A DNA stretch of 64,000 nt from Mobula hypostoma. Lineage: Eukaryota. The notes under the pieces are model-generated. The model was not told the DNA's origin. It did no database searches and saw nothing but the letters and a program-made list of their open reading frames with translations. Where the stretch lies: positions 22,322,001-22,386,000 of the forward strand of contig NC_086118.1 of the NCBI RefSeq assembly GCF_963921235.1. The letters run 5' to 3'. Numbering within the stretch: the first letter of the stretch is position 1; the number at the start of each line of letters is the position of its first letter. This document shows, piece by piece, positions 23,270 to 37,300 of the stretch. A program made the translations under genes and the position numbers.

Positions 23270-24535
23270 CTAAACTATCCTGGATCCCCATCAATTTGCC
23301 TACCGCACCAACAGGTCAACAGAGGACGCCATCTCCACGGCACTTCATTCTGCCCTGATCCACCTGGACAGCCCCAACTCTTACATCAGAACGCTGTTCA
23401 TTGACTTTAGTTCGGCATTCAATACTGTGATCCCCTCCAAGCTGATCGCCAAACTTCGCCACCTTGGTGTCAGCTCATCCCTCTGCAATTGGACCTTGGA
23501 CTTTCTGACTAACAGACCCCAATCTGATAAGTTAGACAACTTCTTCTCCTTCATTCTCACCCTGAATACCAGCGTGCCTCAAGGCTGTGTGCTGAGCCCT
23601 CTCCTGTACTCCCTTTTCACCTATGACTGCATTCCTGTACACGGTTCTAACTCCATAATCAAGTTCGCAGATGACACCATGGTGGTTGGCCTGATCAGAA
23701 GGGATGACGAGATGGCCTACAGGGACGAGGTCCAGCACCTGGCCGCATGATGTGCCGATAACAACCTGGCCCTTAACACCCAGAAGACCAAGGAGATTAT
23801 TGTGGAATTCAGGCATGCTAGGAGCACACTCATGTCCCCATCTACATCAACAAAGCTGTAGTGGAGCATGTATCAAGCTTCAAATTCCTTGGTGTTCACA
23901 TTTCCGATGATCTCACCTGGTTCCTGAACTCCTCCATCCTGGTCAAAATGGCGCAAAGGTGCCTTTATTTCCTGCAGAGCATCAAGAAAGCTCACCTCTG
24001 TCCCAGGATATTGACACTTTTACCACTGTACTATGCTCACCAACTGCATCTCAGTGTGGTGTGGCAATTGTCCCGTATCGGACCGCAAAGCACTACAGCG
24101 TGTGGTGAAAACTGCCCAGCGGATTATCCCAATTGCCCACCATTGAGAACATCTACCATAAATGCTGCCTGGGCAGGGTGAAAAGCATTATCAAGGATGC
24201 ATCTCACCCTAACCATGGACTTTTTACTCTCCTCCCATCCAGTAGGCGCTACAGGAGCCTCTGCTCCCGCACCAGCAGGCACAGGAAGAGCTTCTTCCCT
24301 GAGGCTGTGACCCTGCTGAACCTCTCATCACAACGCTAAGCAGTATTGCACCCATATTAGACTATCTCAGTACTTTTATATTTGTGTGCTGTAGCACTTA
24401 CATTTTATTCGCAGTTATTTTGTAAATAATACTATTCTTTTGCACTTCTGGTCAGATACTAATTGTATTTCATTGGCTTTGTATCTGCACTCAGCACAAT
24501 GACAATAAAGTTGAATCTAATAATCTAATATCTAA
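23270..24535 (+). mobile_element. Rex1/Babar-clade LINE, 5'-truncated
   Basis: [58 protein letters not shown]; (aatct)n tail. Confidence 0.93.
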
Positions 24536-25399
24536 TAAACCTCCCAATGGAAATATGCTATACAAAGAAGATTTTCAATATCCTGAAGATGTGTTGCAAG
24601 ACTAGAATTAAAAGTTAGCAGGCTTGATGGAAGGAAAAGCGAGGCTTTCAAATAAATGTGCCATTGATATGGAACACTTTCCAGACCATCAATAAGCAAA
24701 TTAACCATGAATTTAAAATTATTCTGTGTTAGTCGCTGAAATATTACCATTACAAATGTATTAGCATTCTGGTTTTGGCTACCATAATGTGATGAGATGT
24801 ACAGAAAGGCAGACATGGTGAAAGAATGAACGGGGACAATCATAATTATTCTTCAATCTCTAATCAATAACCGAGGAAAGGTAAGATACGAAAGCTTCAG
24901 TCAATGTTCTCAATATAATCCACTTTATTGAAGATGTTTGAGTACAATGGGGAATGTTGAGTACAAGTAATTGAAAGACACCCAGGGTTCTGGTTATAAC
25001 TGAAATATTGTATCTCTCTTTTCTTTACTTAAGTGCTTGAATAAACTCCAGGAGAGCAGACAAAAGAACTTTAATCCTAAGGATTCATGAGACAATATCA
25101 AAAGAAAGTTCTAACTCCCTGGATCCTCCATTACACTGCCTCTCAGGGATGGACTGAGCATTAGGCTAATGACAGTCTTTGGGCTCTTCTGATATTCAAA
25201 AATAAAAGAGATCAGGAAAAAAAATGATCAATTTGTAATCTCCAATCCTTCTCTTATCCAAATATTTTAGATTAACACTCAATCAGATTACAAAGGTTAA
25301 AGGATTAAATATTTCAAGGCACTGTAGAATGGTAAGAAAGTTAATGGAATCAATTATCCTCAACCCTCACTCCCACACTCTAGCACAGTTACCTATATA

Positions 25400-25540
25400 T
25401 GGCCTGAGGAAAGCTCTCAGCCTGAAATGTTGACTGTTATTCATTTCCATAGTTGCTGCCTGACCTGCTGAGTTTCTCCTGCATTTTGTATTTATTGCTT
25501 TGGATTCCAAGTATCTACAGACTTTCACATGTTTATGATC
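25400..25540 (+). mobile_element. PLE terminal fragment with decayed hammerhead
   Basis: cctgaggaaagctctcagcctgaaatgttgac..ctgcctgacctgctgag. Confidence 0.75.
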
Positions 25541-25799
25541 TATATATGGCATTGGTTATGATATAGTGTGTCAATTGCACATCATTATGTATAGGACAGC
25601 CTGAATGGAAACATTGAATCGACCAAGATTTCCTCGCATCTCACATGTTGGTATCCACATTCTCTGACATTCTACAATTGTAAGGGCAAGAAAGTCATTG
25701 AGGATTGCAAATTACTCACTACATACCACAGATGGGAATGCAAGTTTGAGAACCTAACATGCTTGATTTTTAAGTTAGAAAGTCCTGTATTATAGGGAA

Positions 25800-27760
25800 A
25801 GACCCATTAGGTCCATCTATTACCCACCTACCTGTTCCCATTTATCAGCACTCCATATGTTTCCTCCTCTGCCTTGACAGGATACACTAAGTGCTTGTTT
25901 TAATGTTGTGCTTCTACCATCTCTCAGGCAGTGTGTTCCAGATTCCAAGTCTCTCCTAATCCTCTTCTCTCTTATCCTAAATCTGCATCCTCTTGTTTTT
26001 GACACCTCTGTTATACTTCATGGAAATAAGCCCTTCAGCAAAACTCACCCTGCGAGCTAGTCCCATCAGTAAAATGTTGGCCCATAGCCCTCTAAACCTC
26101 TCCTATTCATGTACTTACCTTGATCACTTTTAAATGTTGCTAATGTGCTGGCCTCAACCACAATTTCTGGCAGCTCATTCCAAATCCTTTCTGTGAAGAA
26201 GCTTCTCCTGATGCCCCTTTAAATCTTTCACCTCTGATATTAAACCTTTTCCCTCTTGTTTTTAGCATTTCCTACCTGGGAAAAAGACTACGTGTCTTCA
26301 CCCTGTCTATGCCCCTCATGATCTTATATGTCTCTGTCAGGTCACCCTCAATCTCCCAAATTCCAGGGAAAGATGTCCTTGTCTGTGCAATCTCTTCTTG
26401 CAAGTCAGGCTTATAAATCTGGACAACATCCTGGTAAACCTTTTCTGCAGACTCTCTAGTTTAATGACATTTTTCCTATAGCAGAGCAACCAAAACTGTA
26501 CACAATACTCCAAATGTGGCCTCACCAACATCTAATATAATGAAAAAAAAATCTAGTGCTTTCATGGCATATATGACAAATAAACCAGTATTTCTTCAGG
26601 ATCCTGGTGATCCTTCCAGAGACAGTGAAAATATAGGGAAGGCAAGCGGTAGCAATGGGTTCCTCCTTGTTATTAGGTTTCCTGATTATTCTATCGGCCC
26701 TTTTAAGAGCCTGATTGATCTCTGGAAGGATCGCCAGATTAAAACCATCCATAAACCTGTAAGGAAGCTCAATCACAGATTATGCAGATCAAAGATGACC
26801 TGGGACAGCGGAAACCTGATTGGATGAGGACAACCCAATCAGGAGAGGTGGATGATAGGGGTATAAATACCACCAGACTAGACATGCCTGATGAAGATGG
26901 CAGAGATTATCATCGAAACATCAGTTAAAATCAATACCTGTGCCCAGATGGAAGCCCAAAAAGAGTTTATTCATCTAATATAATGGCAGCATTGCTTTGC
27001 AAATCCTCTACTCGATGCCTGGAACTGATGAAGGACAGAGTGCCAACTGCCTTCTTCACCACCTATCTACCTGAGATGCCACTTTCAGTGAACTATGCAT
27101 TTGCACTCCTAGGTCGCTCTGTTGCATAACACTCCCCAGAACCCTCCTGTTCACTCTTTAAGTCCTACCCTAGTTTGACTTCCCAAACTACAATACCTCA
27201 TATTGTCTGGATTGAAAGTCATTTTCCAGTCCTCAGTTCTCATAACTAACTAGTCAAGATCCCCTTATAGCTTGTATATTATCCACAACATCACCTATTT
27301 TAACATCATCTGCAAAGTTACTAACCATGCCTTGTCCATTCACACCCAAATCATTTATATGAAATACAATTAAGCAAGGTCCCAGCACTGACCCATGTGG
27401 CATAACACTCGACATAGGCCTTTAGTCAGAGAAACGTCTTCGATCTTCACCCTCTGCTTCTTACTGCTGAGCCAATGATGAACCCAATCATCCAATCTTT
27501 CCTCTCCCCCGGCTTCCATGCAATTTAACCTTTCAAACTACAAACTTTGTAATTTCCAATGAGGGATCTTGTCAAAGAACTTGCTAAAGTCCAGATAGAC
27601 AACCTCCACTACCCTACCCTCATCTACCCTTTTGGTTACCTCCTCAAAAAACTCTAAGAGATTTGACAGACACAACTTCCCATGCACAAGACTGTGTTGC
27701 CTGTCCTGAATAAGACCCTGTTGATCTCACTGTTGGTAGATCTCCAAAAGGGCTTCTAGA
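25800..27760 (-). mobile_element. CR1 LINE fragments interrupted by a Penelope insertion
   Basis: LVRPHLEYCVQFW..QKRFTRML; RT block (FADD, PHGSVLGP) at 27290-27620. Confidence 0.85.
26543..26971. mobile_element. Penelope element fragment, 5'-inverted, with hammerhead
   Basis: Minus strand ACLPYIFTVSGRITRILKKY; plus-strand CTGATGAagatggcagagattatcatcGAAAC at about 26888-26920; 14-bp TSD CATCTAATATAATG (26529-26542, 26972-26985). Confidence 0.88.
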
Positions 27761-27989
27761 ATTTCTTCTGTAGCCTCCCGTAAGCGAATACACCAGGTGA
27801 GGCCCTGAAGAATAAACTACCTTAATGTGCCTTAAGGTTTATGATACCATCTTCCTGCGAATTTGTATGTTGTCCAAGACTTCCCCATTTTCTTAGTTTC
27901 TATTGTTTTCTTCACAGTAAAAACTGAAAGGAAATATTAGTTGAGATTTTTACCCATTTCCTTTGGTTCACCAGTCATTCAATCTGATC

Positions 27990-28950
27990 TTTAAGGGGAA
28001 TTATTCTCTCCCTAGCCAGCCCCTTATTATGAGAAAAAGTTTCCTTCCGTCTACCCTGTCTATACCCTCAGAATTTTGTGTAGCTGAGTCTTGTTCCCTT
28101 GGAACTCTCCGCTTCAAGGAAAACAAATCCAGCCTATTCAGTTTCTTCTCATAAAGTGAAAGTCTTCATCCGAGGCGATGTCCCAGTGAGTCTTCGCTGC
28201 AACTCTTTCAGTACGATGCAATACAGTTCAGTACTTTTTCTTCAATGGGACAACCATTGCAGCACACAATACTTCAGCTCAAAGTTCAAAGTTCAATGTA
28301 AATTTTATTGTCACAATATATACGTATATGTCACCATATACTATCCTGAGATTCATTTTCTTGTGGGCATACTCAACAAATCTATAGAATAATAACTAAA
28401 ACAGAATCAATGAAAAACCACCCAACTAGGACTTTCAACTAGTGTGCAGAAGACAACAAACTGTGCAAATGGAAAAGGAAGAAACAGTAATAATAAATAA
28501 ATAGCAATAAATACTGAGAGCATGAGATGAAGATTTCTTGAAAGTGAGTCCATTGGCTGTGGGAACATTTCAATGATAGGGCACTAACTGTGGACTAAAT
28601 AATGTTTTATATAGCTATTCCTACTAAAATATTCTATTCCCTCAGCTAATGACTGCTGGTCTCTTGCATGCTTTCTTCACTATATTATCTACCTGTGCTG
28701 CCACATTCAGAGTTCATCCATACTACCTTGGGACCACCATTAATTGTGTATTTCCTATGCTTATTAGACTGCACAAATAGCGTCACCTCATTCTTATCAG
28801 GATTAATTCTGTCTTCAATATCTTCATTTAACCTAAGACCATCTTCCTCATGATCAATCATACTGTCAACTGATGTGTCATCTGGAAACTTAATAAATCA
28901 ATCCTTCTGCATTCCTAACAAAGTTATGAACATATATCAGTGTTGATCAT
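27990..28950 (-). mobile_element. Old CR1-like LINE fragment with a nested Rex/L2 tail (28280-28580)
   Basis: aaggaaaacaaatccagcctattca block; nested (aaagttc)n tail. Confidence 0.6.
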
Positions 28951-29689
28951 TGTGTTATTGCCCTGGCCACAAGCTAGTGTATTTAAACCTGGGAGTGGAG
29001 GTTATGGAAAATAGCAGTTTATGGAACCTGCAACTGGAGCCCAGGAGAGATAATTAGTGATTATGTAATCATTCCAAAAAAACTATTGCTGCATTGTAAT
29101 TTTTCTGAATTGCTTTATTGTAGCTACCTCCAAGGGAATTACCTTTAACTATTGAAAGAATTTTGGTCAACACAGAATGTCCGTGTGATTGTGATTAGGG
29201 ACCAACGGCAGGAGTAGTAGGAGAAGCTCCAATTTCGAGCGCAGGTCATTTGAAGGTCAGTGATGCAATACCATGGCTCTGGCGTGAATCGTTGGACATA
29301 AGAGTATTATTTTAGACTGGTAAGATGCTTTATATAAAGCAAGGGTACATATCCTGTTGTCACACCTTGCTATCAGATGTGGGTAAGCGTGTCCGACGAG
29401 GGTCACCAATTGGGAAAAGAAGCAGATGGGAAGCTGCAATAGCATGTTAGGGTAAGAGGTTCTATTTAGTGCCAGGTGAATAGAAAGATCAAAAGCTGCC
29501 CAAAAGTTGTGAAGAAAAAACGTAATTACAAATAGACAAAGGAAAGCAAACATGAACAAAGATTTACAAATATACAGAGGCTTTCTCCACGACGCACTTT
29601 GTCGTTAACTTTCTAATATAACTGTTCACCAAGTGTCCTCGAGGGTACAAATAGGATAATTTGGGAGATAAATGCGTGGGGTGATTAGG

Positions 29690-30282
29690 GAGCTTAAGGT
29701 GAAAGAACCCTTAGGAACCAGTGATCACAATATGATTGAGTTCAGCTTGAAATTTGATAGGGAGAAAGTAAAGTCTGACATAGCAGCATTTCAATAGAGT
29801 AAGGGAAATTACAGTGGCATGAGAGGGGAGTTGGCCAAAGTAAATTAGAAGAAGCTGTTAGCAGGGATGTCAGCAGAGCAACAATGGCATGCATTTCTGG
29901 GAAAAATGAGGGAAGTGCAGGACATATATATTACGAAAGTGAAGAAATACTCAAATGGCAAAATAGTACAACTGTGGCTGACCAGCGAAGTCAAAGCTAT
30001 TGTAAAAACAAAAGAGAGGGCATACAACAAAGCTAAATATTAGAAGGAAGATAGAGGATTGGGAAGTTTTTAAAAAACCTACAGAGAGCAACTAAAAGAA
30101 TTATCAGAAAGGAAAAGATGAAATATGAAAGCAAGCTAGCAAATAATATCAAAGTGGATAGTAAAAGCTTTTTCAAGTGTGTAAAAAATAAAAGAGATGA
30201 GAGTGGATATAGGACCACTGGAAAATGAAGCAGGAGAAATAATAACAGGGGACAAGGAGATGGCAGATGAGCTAAATGAGTA
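29690..30282 (+). mobile_element. CR1 ORF2 fragment (endonuclease end and linker)
   Basis: KEPLGTSDHNMIEF..GNYSGMRGEL..KYESKLANNIK. Confidence 0.9.
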
Positions 30283-30517
30283 GATCTAAAATCCATTTCA
30301 ATAGATATGGATCAAATTTGACCCGGAACAGCCTCAATGTACAAAAATTTGTAACAACTGTACAAAAGTATAAAATTTTAAAATATTTTCAGTTTTGCAC
30401 ATTTTGGGCCACTTTAGGAAAAGTCATCAAATTTCGGCTAAAACATGGCATTTAGGGTATTTTTACTGCTGTCAAATGTCAAAATGGGTCAAATTTGACC
30501 CGAACAGTATGTAAGGG
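30283..30517. mobile_element. piggyBac terminal fragment
   Basis: Ends ..gtaAGGG followed by TTAA (30518-30521); subterminal palindrome GGGTCAAATTTGACCC at 30486-30501 and a near copy at 30309-30324. Confidence 0.8.
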
Positions 30518-32411
30518 TTAAACTCGAAAGTCTGGTGAATATACATACAAATATTCATTCCTATGAAATGCAAAGCTAGTTTCTTTCTCTACTCTTAGCA
30601 GTTGTTCTTTCTTATCAATCTTATGTGCCATTTGAAGTTTCTTTTGGCATGCGGAAGCGGTGGATCCAAAATCTGTGCTAGATATCTACCCAGCCTAAGC
30701 ACAGTATTGATTCCACGTCATCATATTATGAAGAAAAATGAACCTCAGTATTGAGGAAACATCAGCAATAAATTGGGTTCATCTGAAATGGAGCCTTACA
30801 ATCTGTGTGCTGAATCCAAACTTCCAGGCACAGTTTAACTTCCATTTCTCATTTCAAAGTCTCTTTTTAATCTTCTGAATTTATTTACTAAATGTCAGAA
30901 AAAACCAGTTGTATATAAATATATAAATTTGGAAATAAATAAATATCCTTCCTAGAACTTAAATAATTGTCTCAAAGTTGTGTTCATAAATAATAGGAAT
31001 TAAATGATTATGCCGCAATAAAAAGTTTTTATTGTACATTTTATATGATGAGTGTGATTTAGCTTATAATATAGATTTTTGCTGCATAAACTTCATTAAC
31101 AAATGGCAAAAATAATGCAAATAATTTTACATTTCTGCTGAGTTAAATGATCAGCAACAAAGGTGTTCAATATTACTTGAAATTCTTTTTCATTCTTACA
31201 TAGAAAGTCAATAATACCTGCATACATTGCGTTTAACTTATCGATTGAATCCTTTTTTATTGCTACAGATTATTTTGATTTCTATTGGATAGAATGTTTT
31301 ATTAGGTTATTCTAGAGAATAGTTTAGAGTCAACTTATTTGTGGGTCACACATGGACTAGGCTGGGCTAAGAGAGTAGATTTATTGCCCCTAAAGGATAT
31401 TGGTGAATCAGTTGGTTTGTTTCAAGGTCATTGTTATCCTGATATATTTAATTAGCCAAATTTAAACAGGTAGGATTTGAACTTCTTTCTTCAGTTCATT
31501 AATCTAGGCTGCTGGATTACTCATCTAGTAATATTAGTAATGTTCTCTGTCTTGTAAAGGAAAGATGAGGAAAATGATGCAAGAATGATGGTTCTGATTA
31601 TTCATAACTAACACTCGGTGGAATATACGAATAGGCAGAAATTAACCAGAAGATAAAGAACTGAGCTGGTAGCAAAGACTTGAGGTCAGAGCCTCCTGAC
31701 ACATATGTTCTGGATTCACAGCTGAAGGCTGGGGAGTAAGCTAAAGGCTCAAAGTCATAACAGGTCCAGTGTGAGTCAGAATCTTCAACAAAATTCAAAC
31801 GTGCTGGAAAATCACAATCTAATCCACAGTACCACACATATTTATGAATTCCAATGTTCAATATAAGATTTTGAAGCCTCTTCATATGCCAGATGGAAAA
31901 TATTTATTGCAAAAAGAAACTTCAGAATTTACCGTTCTCCAGAAAATAAATATAGAATTTCCTTTGGTACTTCTTAATGCAATTGGTTGTGTTTTCTGAT
32001 CAAAGGTTACTTGAAGCAGGTCAAGTTCTGTTCACTTCAGCTGAGTAAACATAACAAATTTATTTGAGAATTTAGTGCATGAAAATTTATTTTAAGACAG
32101 CAGCACCAGTCTACTAGTTTGTACTTAAATTACTGCTGTTATCCATATACGGTCTTATTTGAACTTCTGCATTGACTTTAAGGGTGAAGCATACAAATAT
32201 TGACCCGTGTCTGTTACTTGAATAACCATGACAACAGAGCTCCCTCTGGGTTTCTGAAGGGGATTCTATAGTCTTTAAAGAATATTCAGTACTCAGGTCA
32301 TTATATTTGATTCAAATGTTATGACATTCAGGTCAGCAGAGAATGACCCGGAACATGATCATACCATCAGTTACTGATAGAATGTACTCTGCACAAGGAT
32401 AACAGTTTCAG

Positions 32412-32500
32412 CACCTGGTTCTTTTGGTTGGATTGACAAGCAAAGCTCTATGTAACTCTGACGCTTTAATTCCCCTTCCCAATCAGTTTCAACTTTACCA
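32412..32500 (-). CDS. Possible small exon (GKVETDWEGELKRQSYIELCLSIQPKEP)
   Basis: Strong acceptor ttttctcctacttcttttcAG, single open frame, weak donor CAG|GTGCTG. Confidence 0.25.
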
Positions 32501-32579
32501 CCTGAAAAGAAGTAGGAGAAAATTAAAAAGGACTTTCTACCTACAAAGAGACGTGGTAAGTAACCAAACAATGAACCTT

Positions 32580-33065
32580 AAATTCTCCAATGTCAAGTAA
32601 CCTACTCCCACTCTGTCCCTTCTTCTCTCTGCATCTTACCTACCCAGTTCCTCCTACACCCTTCCCAACTTCCCAGTGCCCTATCCTCCTCCAACTATTC
32701 CATCTATCCATTACTCACACACACCTTCCACTGGGTTTCCTGGCCTGACTGCTCCCATTTGCCCACCCCGGCTCTCTGTTTGGTTCCATTCTCCACCTTC
32801 CACCTGTTAGATTCAATCATTTGCAGCCCTTTGTTGCCTCCACCTATCATTTGCCAGCCTCTGCCACTGTTTCCACTCTTCTCTCCTTCATCTGCCTATC
32901 ACTCATCTTCACATGGCTCTGCCTATCATTTTCCAGCTCTTATTTCGATTCATCCCTTCACCTTTTTTCAGTCTGGAGTAAGGGACTCAACACAAAATGA
33001 CAACTGTTCAATTCCCTCCACAAATGCTGTTTGACCCACTGAATTCCTCCAGCAGCTCATATTTT
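32580..33065 (+). mobile_element. Old PLE 3' fragment
   Basis: Pyrimidine-rich 3' region and decayed terminus (..tgacccactgaattcctccagca). Confidence 0.7.
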
Positions 33066-33339
33066 GCACGTAATGGCACTAAGGTCTAAGATATCTCCAG
33101 ACCAGGAGGCAATATTCCTTCAACTCCTGATTAGGTATAGATTGAGTATAATGGGAAGCACTAGAATGCAATAATTTAGAATGACATTTCCTTCTCTTTC
33201 CACTTGTTTAAGCTACCTAGCAGTAAATATCAATCAAGAAGCTGAAAATGAAGTAAGTAGTCTTCTACTTTAGCTCAATGACTGCATCGTGTTCATTTCA
33301 GAATGAATACAGCTCAGTTCACATGGCGCCAGATTTTTA

Positions 33340-34350
33340 TCACAAGCACGAGAAAATCTGGAAATGCTGGAAATCTGAGCAAAACACACCAAATGCTGGA
33401 GGAGCTCAGCAGGGCAGGCAGCATCTATGGAAAAGAATAAACAGTCGATGTTTCAGGCTGAGATCCTTCATCAGGACTGGAAAGAAAGAGGAGAAGTTAG
33501 AGTAAGAAGGTCGAGGTGAGGAGGAAGAAGTACGAGGTAGTAGGTTATAGGTGAAACTGGAGGGGAAAGGGGGTGAAGCAAAGAGCTGGGAAGTTGATCG
33601 GCGAGAGAGATAACGGGCTGGAGAAGGGGGAATAAAATATGATAGAAGAGGCTAGAAGACCATAGAAGAAAAGGAATGGTGTGGAGCACCAGAGGGAGTT
33701 GATGGGCAGGTAAGAAGATAAGGCAAGAGAGGAAAACAGGAATAGGGAAGTGGTGAAGGAGAGGGATGGGGGCAATTATTGGAATTTAGAGAAATAGATG
33801 TTCACGCCATCAGGTTGGAAGCTACCCAGACAGAAGATAAGGAGTTGCTCCTCAAATCTGAGTGTGGCTTCGTCACGGCAGTAGAGGAGGCCATGGACTG
33901 ACATGTCAGAATGGGAATGGGAAGTAGAATTGAAGTGGGTGGCTCTTGGGAGATCCTGCTTTTTCTGGAGAACGAAGCATAAGTGTTCAGTGAAGTGGTT
34001 TTCCAATCTATGTCGGGTCTCACTAATATACAGGAGGGCACACTGGGAGCACTGGATACAGTAGATAACCCCAACAGACTCACAGGTTAAGTTTCACCTC
34101 ACCTGGAAGGACTGTTCGGGGCCCTGAGCAGTTGTGAGAGAGGAGATGTAGGGGCAGGTGTGGCACTTGATCCGTTTGCAAGGATAAGTACCAGGAGGGA
34201 GATCACTGGGGAGGGATGAGTGGACCAGGGAGTCGCTAAGGGAGCGATCTCTGTGGAAAGCGGCAAGTGGAGGGGGGGCGCGAGCGAAAGATATGCTTGG
34301 TGGTGGCATCCTGTTGGAGATGGTGGAAGTTGAGGAGAGTTATCTGCTGT
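33340..34350 (-). mobile_element. Penelope-like element 3' portion (GIY-YIG region plus terminus)
   Basis: PGTYPCKRIKCHTCPY, HFNSTSHSHSDMSV..RFEEQLLIFCLGSFQPDGVN; hammerhead CTGATGA..GAAAC on minus strand at about 33443-33478. Confidence 0.92.
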
Positions 34351-37300
34351 GCTCAAACCAGGTTTTTATGCTGGTTTGAAGCAATATCTCAGTAACCACA
34401 GTTAACACTAAGGCAAAGAGTTGAGTGCTTGCAAATATCTCACTATTTGAAGATAACTCCAAAACCCAAGTTTATGGCAGAAGCAAGTATATGAAACTGA
34501 ATTAATATATTTCTAATATACTTTCTTACTTAACACAGAAGCAAAAGTTGGATAATTATATATAAATTATAATTATAAACATTTAGTTTAGACAAAATGA
34601 CAAAAGAATGCTTCCAACTAGAAATTATCTTGTAAGCAATGAAATTAACTGATCTTTTATCAGAATAATGTCATTATTATTTAAGTGACACAAAAAGTCT
34701 CTCGGTTAGTATCATTAAAATGCACTCTGTTCTCACATTTTCCTTACAGCTTTTGTGAAATCGGCGATGTTTGCTTATTTGAAAATTGTCCATATTATCT
34801 TATGCATAATTTTTTTTATTTCATGAAGCATTTAATTGCGAAAAATACATTGAAGTACTTCATCATGAAAGATTTTGGATGAATGCTATTTATTATCATG
34901 CATTCCTCAGAGTTCTCCATCTCTCAGTCCAAGCAAAACTAGCTTCAAATGATAACGTGATAACAATATCAGAGAATAGACAAGCACAATCTATTGAAGC
35001 TGTGCTAACTATTACAGGAGCGATATTCTGATGTTGAATTTAAAGTCCATTTACAGAATGTGTATGAAATACATACCATTGTGAAATATGCTCAGGGGAG
35101 CAACAATTAAATACAGGCGACATGCAGTATGATATCATTGATGTACCGTATATAAGCATTCCCACAATCTTTACATGCGTGGTGACAGATTTTATTTCCT
35201 CTGCTTTTTTTGGTGGTTATTATGTAAAACAGCATTTAGTCTGTCTTCAGAATCAGAAGCAAGCTTATTATCACTGACATATGTTTGAAATCTGCTGTTT
35301 TACAGCAGCAGTGCAGTGCAATACCTAAAAAATACTCTAAGGTACAATAAGAAATATAAAAATTATAATGAAAAAACAGAGCAAAATAATGAAGCAGCAT
35401 TCAGAAACTGCTTGTTAATTTGTTATGAGGTCAACATCATCAACTTCAACACTTTACTGTGTTAGCCAATACTTGGGTCAAATTTCATAATTTAGTAACT
35501 TCTTGCATGTTTTTGTTGAACTTCACTTGTTTCTAGAAGAAAGATTATTAACATTTAAACTATATTGGAATCCAATAAATTTTGGTGAGCGTCATTACGA
35601 TATCGATCCCATTATCACAATGTGTGGTGCTAAAGTCTTCTTGATTTCTAAGTATTCCATAACTCCATTTATAGTTTCAATATCAGAAGAGGATTGTTAT
35701 TCTTGTAATATACAGGGTCATAAAATCAGATTATATGAAAATAATGTCATAGATACTCTAATCTAGATTGCTTTAATCGTGTAATAAAATGTGCATTTGA
35801 TAATGTTCACTTTATTTGGTTTGAATTTTAAAGTTTAATACCACACTGATCTCACATTCTTTACTTCGCAGTGGGCTTATACCCTAATCTGCTCATCTAG
35901 AAAGAATCTGAAAATCAGGGAATTCCTAAAGAAAGAGGCGATATCAGAACTAAATAAAGCTTTATTTTATTTTTTTCAGCACCTGTCAGATAAATGTTCC
36001 TGTTTTTTCACTTGGTGCTTGGTATTCCAATTTTCAATTTTCTTCATATTAAATGCTTACATTTCTTTTATTTTTATTGCAATGTGCATGGCTACAGGCG
36101 GTGGCATTGCATGCAATCATTCTGTGTACACTATTAAAGGCAAACTAAAAACCTATTATTATTACTTTGTGCGAGCTTTCTAAGGCTCCTTATGAATGCT
36201 TAAAATACTCGGTTTTATGTTTGCAGGTAAACACACGCATATCTATTTCCACAGTGAATACTTCTAATTAAATTGCCTTTTTTCAGCATGTATTGACACA
36301 TCTCCTCTTGATGAATATATGTGGAGTGGCTGTGCAGAAACTAAAACATTCCCAATTGCTAATAAAATCTGGATGTTTTATAACCTGTGATTGTGCTCCT
36401 CTGTTTTTTTTTATGTCTGCCAAATTCCCTTTCTCTCATTCCCCAGCAAGTAGGACAGAAAGCACACACTCAAACATTGTAACTCTTGATTTGTCAGGAA
36501 CTAGTCTCAAGTGTTAAGAAGGATCTGTTTTCAGTTTGTAGTTTAGCTTGTATGTAGGTCAACCCCTACACATTTAATTCGACAGTCTTCATAGCAACTT
36601 TCTTTGCTGCTTTGTTTATATATTTATTACCTTTCTGTGTTACCCAAAACAATCTTTAATGTGTCACAGAGAAACCCACAGTTTTTGAAATATTATTCTG
36701 TAAATCAATTCCATTGCATGGTTTTCAAATATATCTATATGTCAATACTCAGAAATTCAACACGAGAAGAATCACACAAGCTACAGATGAATCTACCTGG
36801 AAGAGGACAAATCTATTCCTGCCTTCTTCATATCAGAACTTTGGCTCCATAGCAAAATTAAGAAGTATTTCTAAGCAAACGCCTATATGACATCTTGAAT
36901 CTTCACAGCCAATTAATTTGTATCTTTTCATAAGAAAGATATGTACTTATTTTTCTTATTATCATTGTTATATGTAGTGAGGTAGAGTGGAAAGCTCGTC
37001 CTGCAGATCAACTCCTTACAACAGTGTATTGAAATACATAGAACAATATAAGGTATTAAATGAATGCAGAATAAAGTGTTACAGTTTCAGAGAAAAGCGC
37101 AGTAAGGATAAACAATAAAATTACAGACTGTTTTCAATAAACAATCATCTAACGTGGGTGCCTTTACTGTCCAATGCTCACGAGATGTGTGTAGGGCCGA
37201 GTGGATGATGTTCACTGAGGTTCACCTATGCTCTGTCCGCCAGAGTTTGTGGCTGCCTGTAAGGAGACAGTCTCAAGATTATATAATGTATACATACTTT

